Shown here in pieces: positions 63,186 through 64,000 of a stretch of 64,000 nt of DNA. Source of the stretch: a virus. Below the pieces are notes generated by a model, which worked only from the letters and a program-made list of their open reading frames with translations, was not told the DNA's origin and did no database searches. Position 1 is the first letter of the stretch, and the number at the start of each line of letters is the position of its first letter. The translations under genes and the position numbers were made by a program. The stretch lies in IMG/VR virus record IMGVR_UViG_3300027131_000001, one strand, 5' to 3'.

Positions 63186-63906
63186 CTTGCAGCTCCAATT
63201 GTTCTAAGAATTCAATCATTTGTTCTGGATCTTCGTCAAGAATCTGCTCAAAGATCTCTTTATTTTCATCAGATAGATTTTCGTAAATTGTATTGAGTAA
63301 TTGAGTTAGTTCTTCATCTTCTGTCAACTCTTCTACTTCTTCAGCAACCTTCTTAGCAGTAGCAGTTGCAATAGCCATCTTTTTAGACATTGGCATGCTT
63401 GGATTATCACGCTCGATAGCTTTTGCTACTTCTTCGCGTTTCTTCATCTCTGCTGGAGTAAGAGTCTTTTCATCCAACTCTTCTTCTGTAATTTTGTTTC
63501 GGCCGATGACTGTAACATTCTTGATTTTTGCACCAGCTTCTGTGGCATCGTCAAGCTCTGAATCAGAAAGATGCTCACCCTTAGATATATGTTGCTCGAG
63601 ATCTCTACCAACCTTCATAACATGGTATTTTGTTTTACCATCTTTTTTAACTGGCATTACGTGAAGGGCCATTGGGTGCAAACCCTTTGTGGCTTCTTCA
63701 TATACCTTCTCATCATTACCTGGATTATATCCGTGCTCTGTCTCACGATTTACTGCTTTAATGTTTGTAGCATTAAACAGCTTATCATCTTGAGTACCAC
63801 GATCGTCTAATTTATTCTTAGTGGTAATGTGTTTATCCATGAACTTTTTCTCGTCCTTGGATTTAGGAGCATATACCTCTAGAATTTGGTTAAGAGTTTT
63901 CGCCAT
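63175..63906 (-). CDS. Putative prohead core/internal protein
   Basis: MAKTLNQILE start; EEELDEKTLTPAEMKKREEVAKA...AIATATAKKVAEE. Confidence 0.6.
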   Translation of the reverse strand: MAKTLNQILEVYAPKSKDEKKFMDKHITTKNKLDDRGTQDDKLFNATNIKAVNRETEHGYNPGNDEKVYEEATKGLHPMALHVMPVKKDGKTKYHVMKVGRDLEQHISKGEHLSDSELDDATEAGAKIKNVTVIGRNKITEEELDEKTLTPAEMKKREEVAKAIERDNPSMPMSKKMAIATATAKKVAEEVEELTEDEELTQLLNTIYENLSDENKEIFEQILDEDPEQMIEFLEQLELQDGE

Positions 63907-64000
63907 ATTCGTCCTCTTCTTGTGAGTTAAATTCTTCTGTGTCTTTGTTGAAGAAGCGCTGCGCTACTTCGACCTTCTTTTGTTGAATGGAGTCATAGAT
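63890..64000 (-). CDS. Partial acidic prohead core protein (C-terminus only)
   Basis: IYDSIQQKKVEVAQRFFNKDTEEFNSQEEDEYGENS*. Confidence 0.5.
   Translation of the reverse strand: MYDSIQQKKVEVAQRFFNKDTEEFNSQEEDEYGENS

Noticed and set aside
171-63810. Numerous plus-strand and alternate-frame ORFs in the ORF track (e.g. 21570-22028, 25866-26249, 60204-60641)
   Set aside because: They lie antisense to or inside well-supported minus-strand genes and show no motifs; shadow ORFs

Overview
64 kb of a lytic T4-like myovirus genome, most likely infecting a Gram-negative host (spanins, GH19 endolysin, sigma70 promoters). Virtually all genes are on the minus strand. In transcription order (right to left) it carries: head genes (gp21, gp22, gp23), tail completion gp3, uvsY/uvsW, gp55, gp47/gp46, peptide deformylase, queE/queD, one stand-alone CAU tRNA, and a ~9 kb array of 27 tRNA or tRNA-like genes; the 28 together cover all 20 amino acids. 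Next come folE, a QueD paralog and a DpdA/TGT-like gene (7-deazaguanine DNA modification), the replisome core (gp45, gp44, gp62, regA, gp43, uvsX, gp41), phoH, hsp20, clpP, a block of putative capsid-packaged internal proteins, a lysis module, primase, thyX and a partial nrdA. The most striking unexplained structure is at the head of the tRNA array (48814-49015). A promoter and strong SD precede a 28-codon leader ORF that uses 19 of 20 amino acids (26 different codons). Its stop codon overlaps an antiterminator hairpin that is mutually exclusive with an intrinsic terminator. This looks like a ribosome-mediated attenuator that senses depletion of almost any tRNA and switches on the phage tRNA array. 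The array also hides several structured non-tRNA RNAs, a D-armless tRNA-Tyr-like RNA and two homologous spacer hairpins. All calls were made by eye from motifs; no searches were run.
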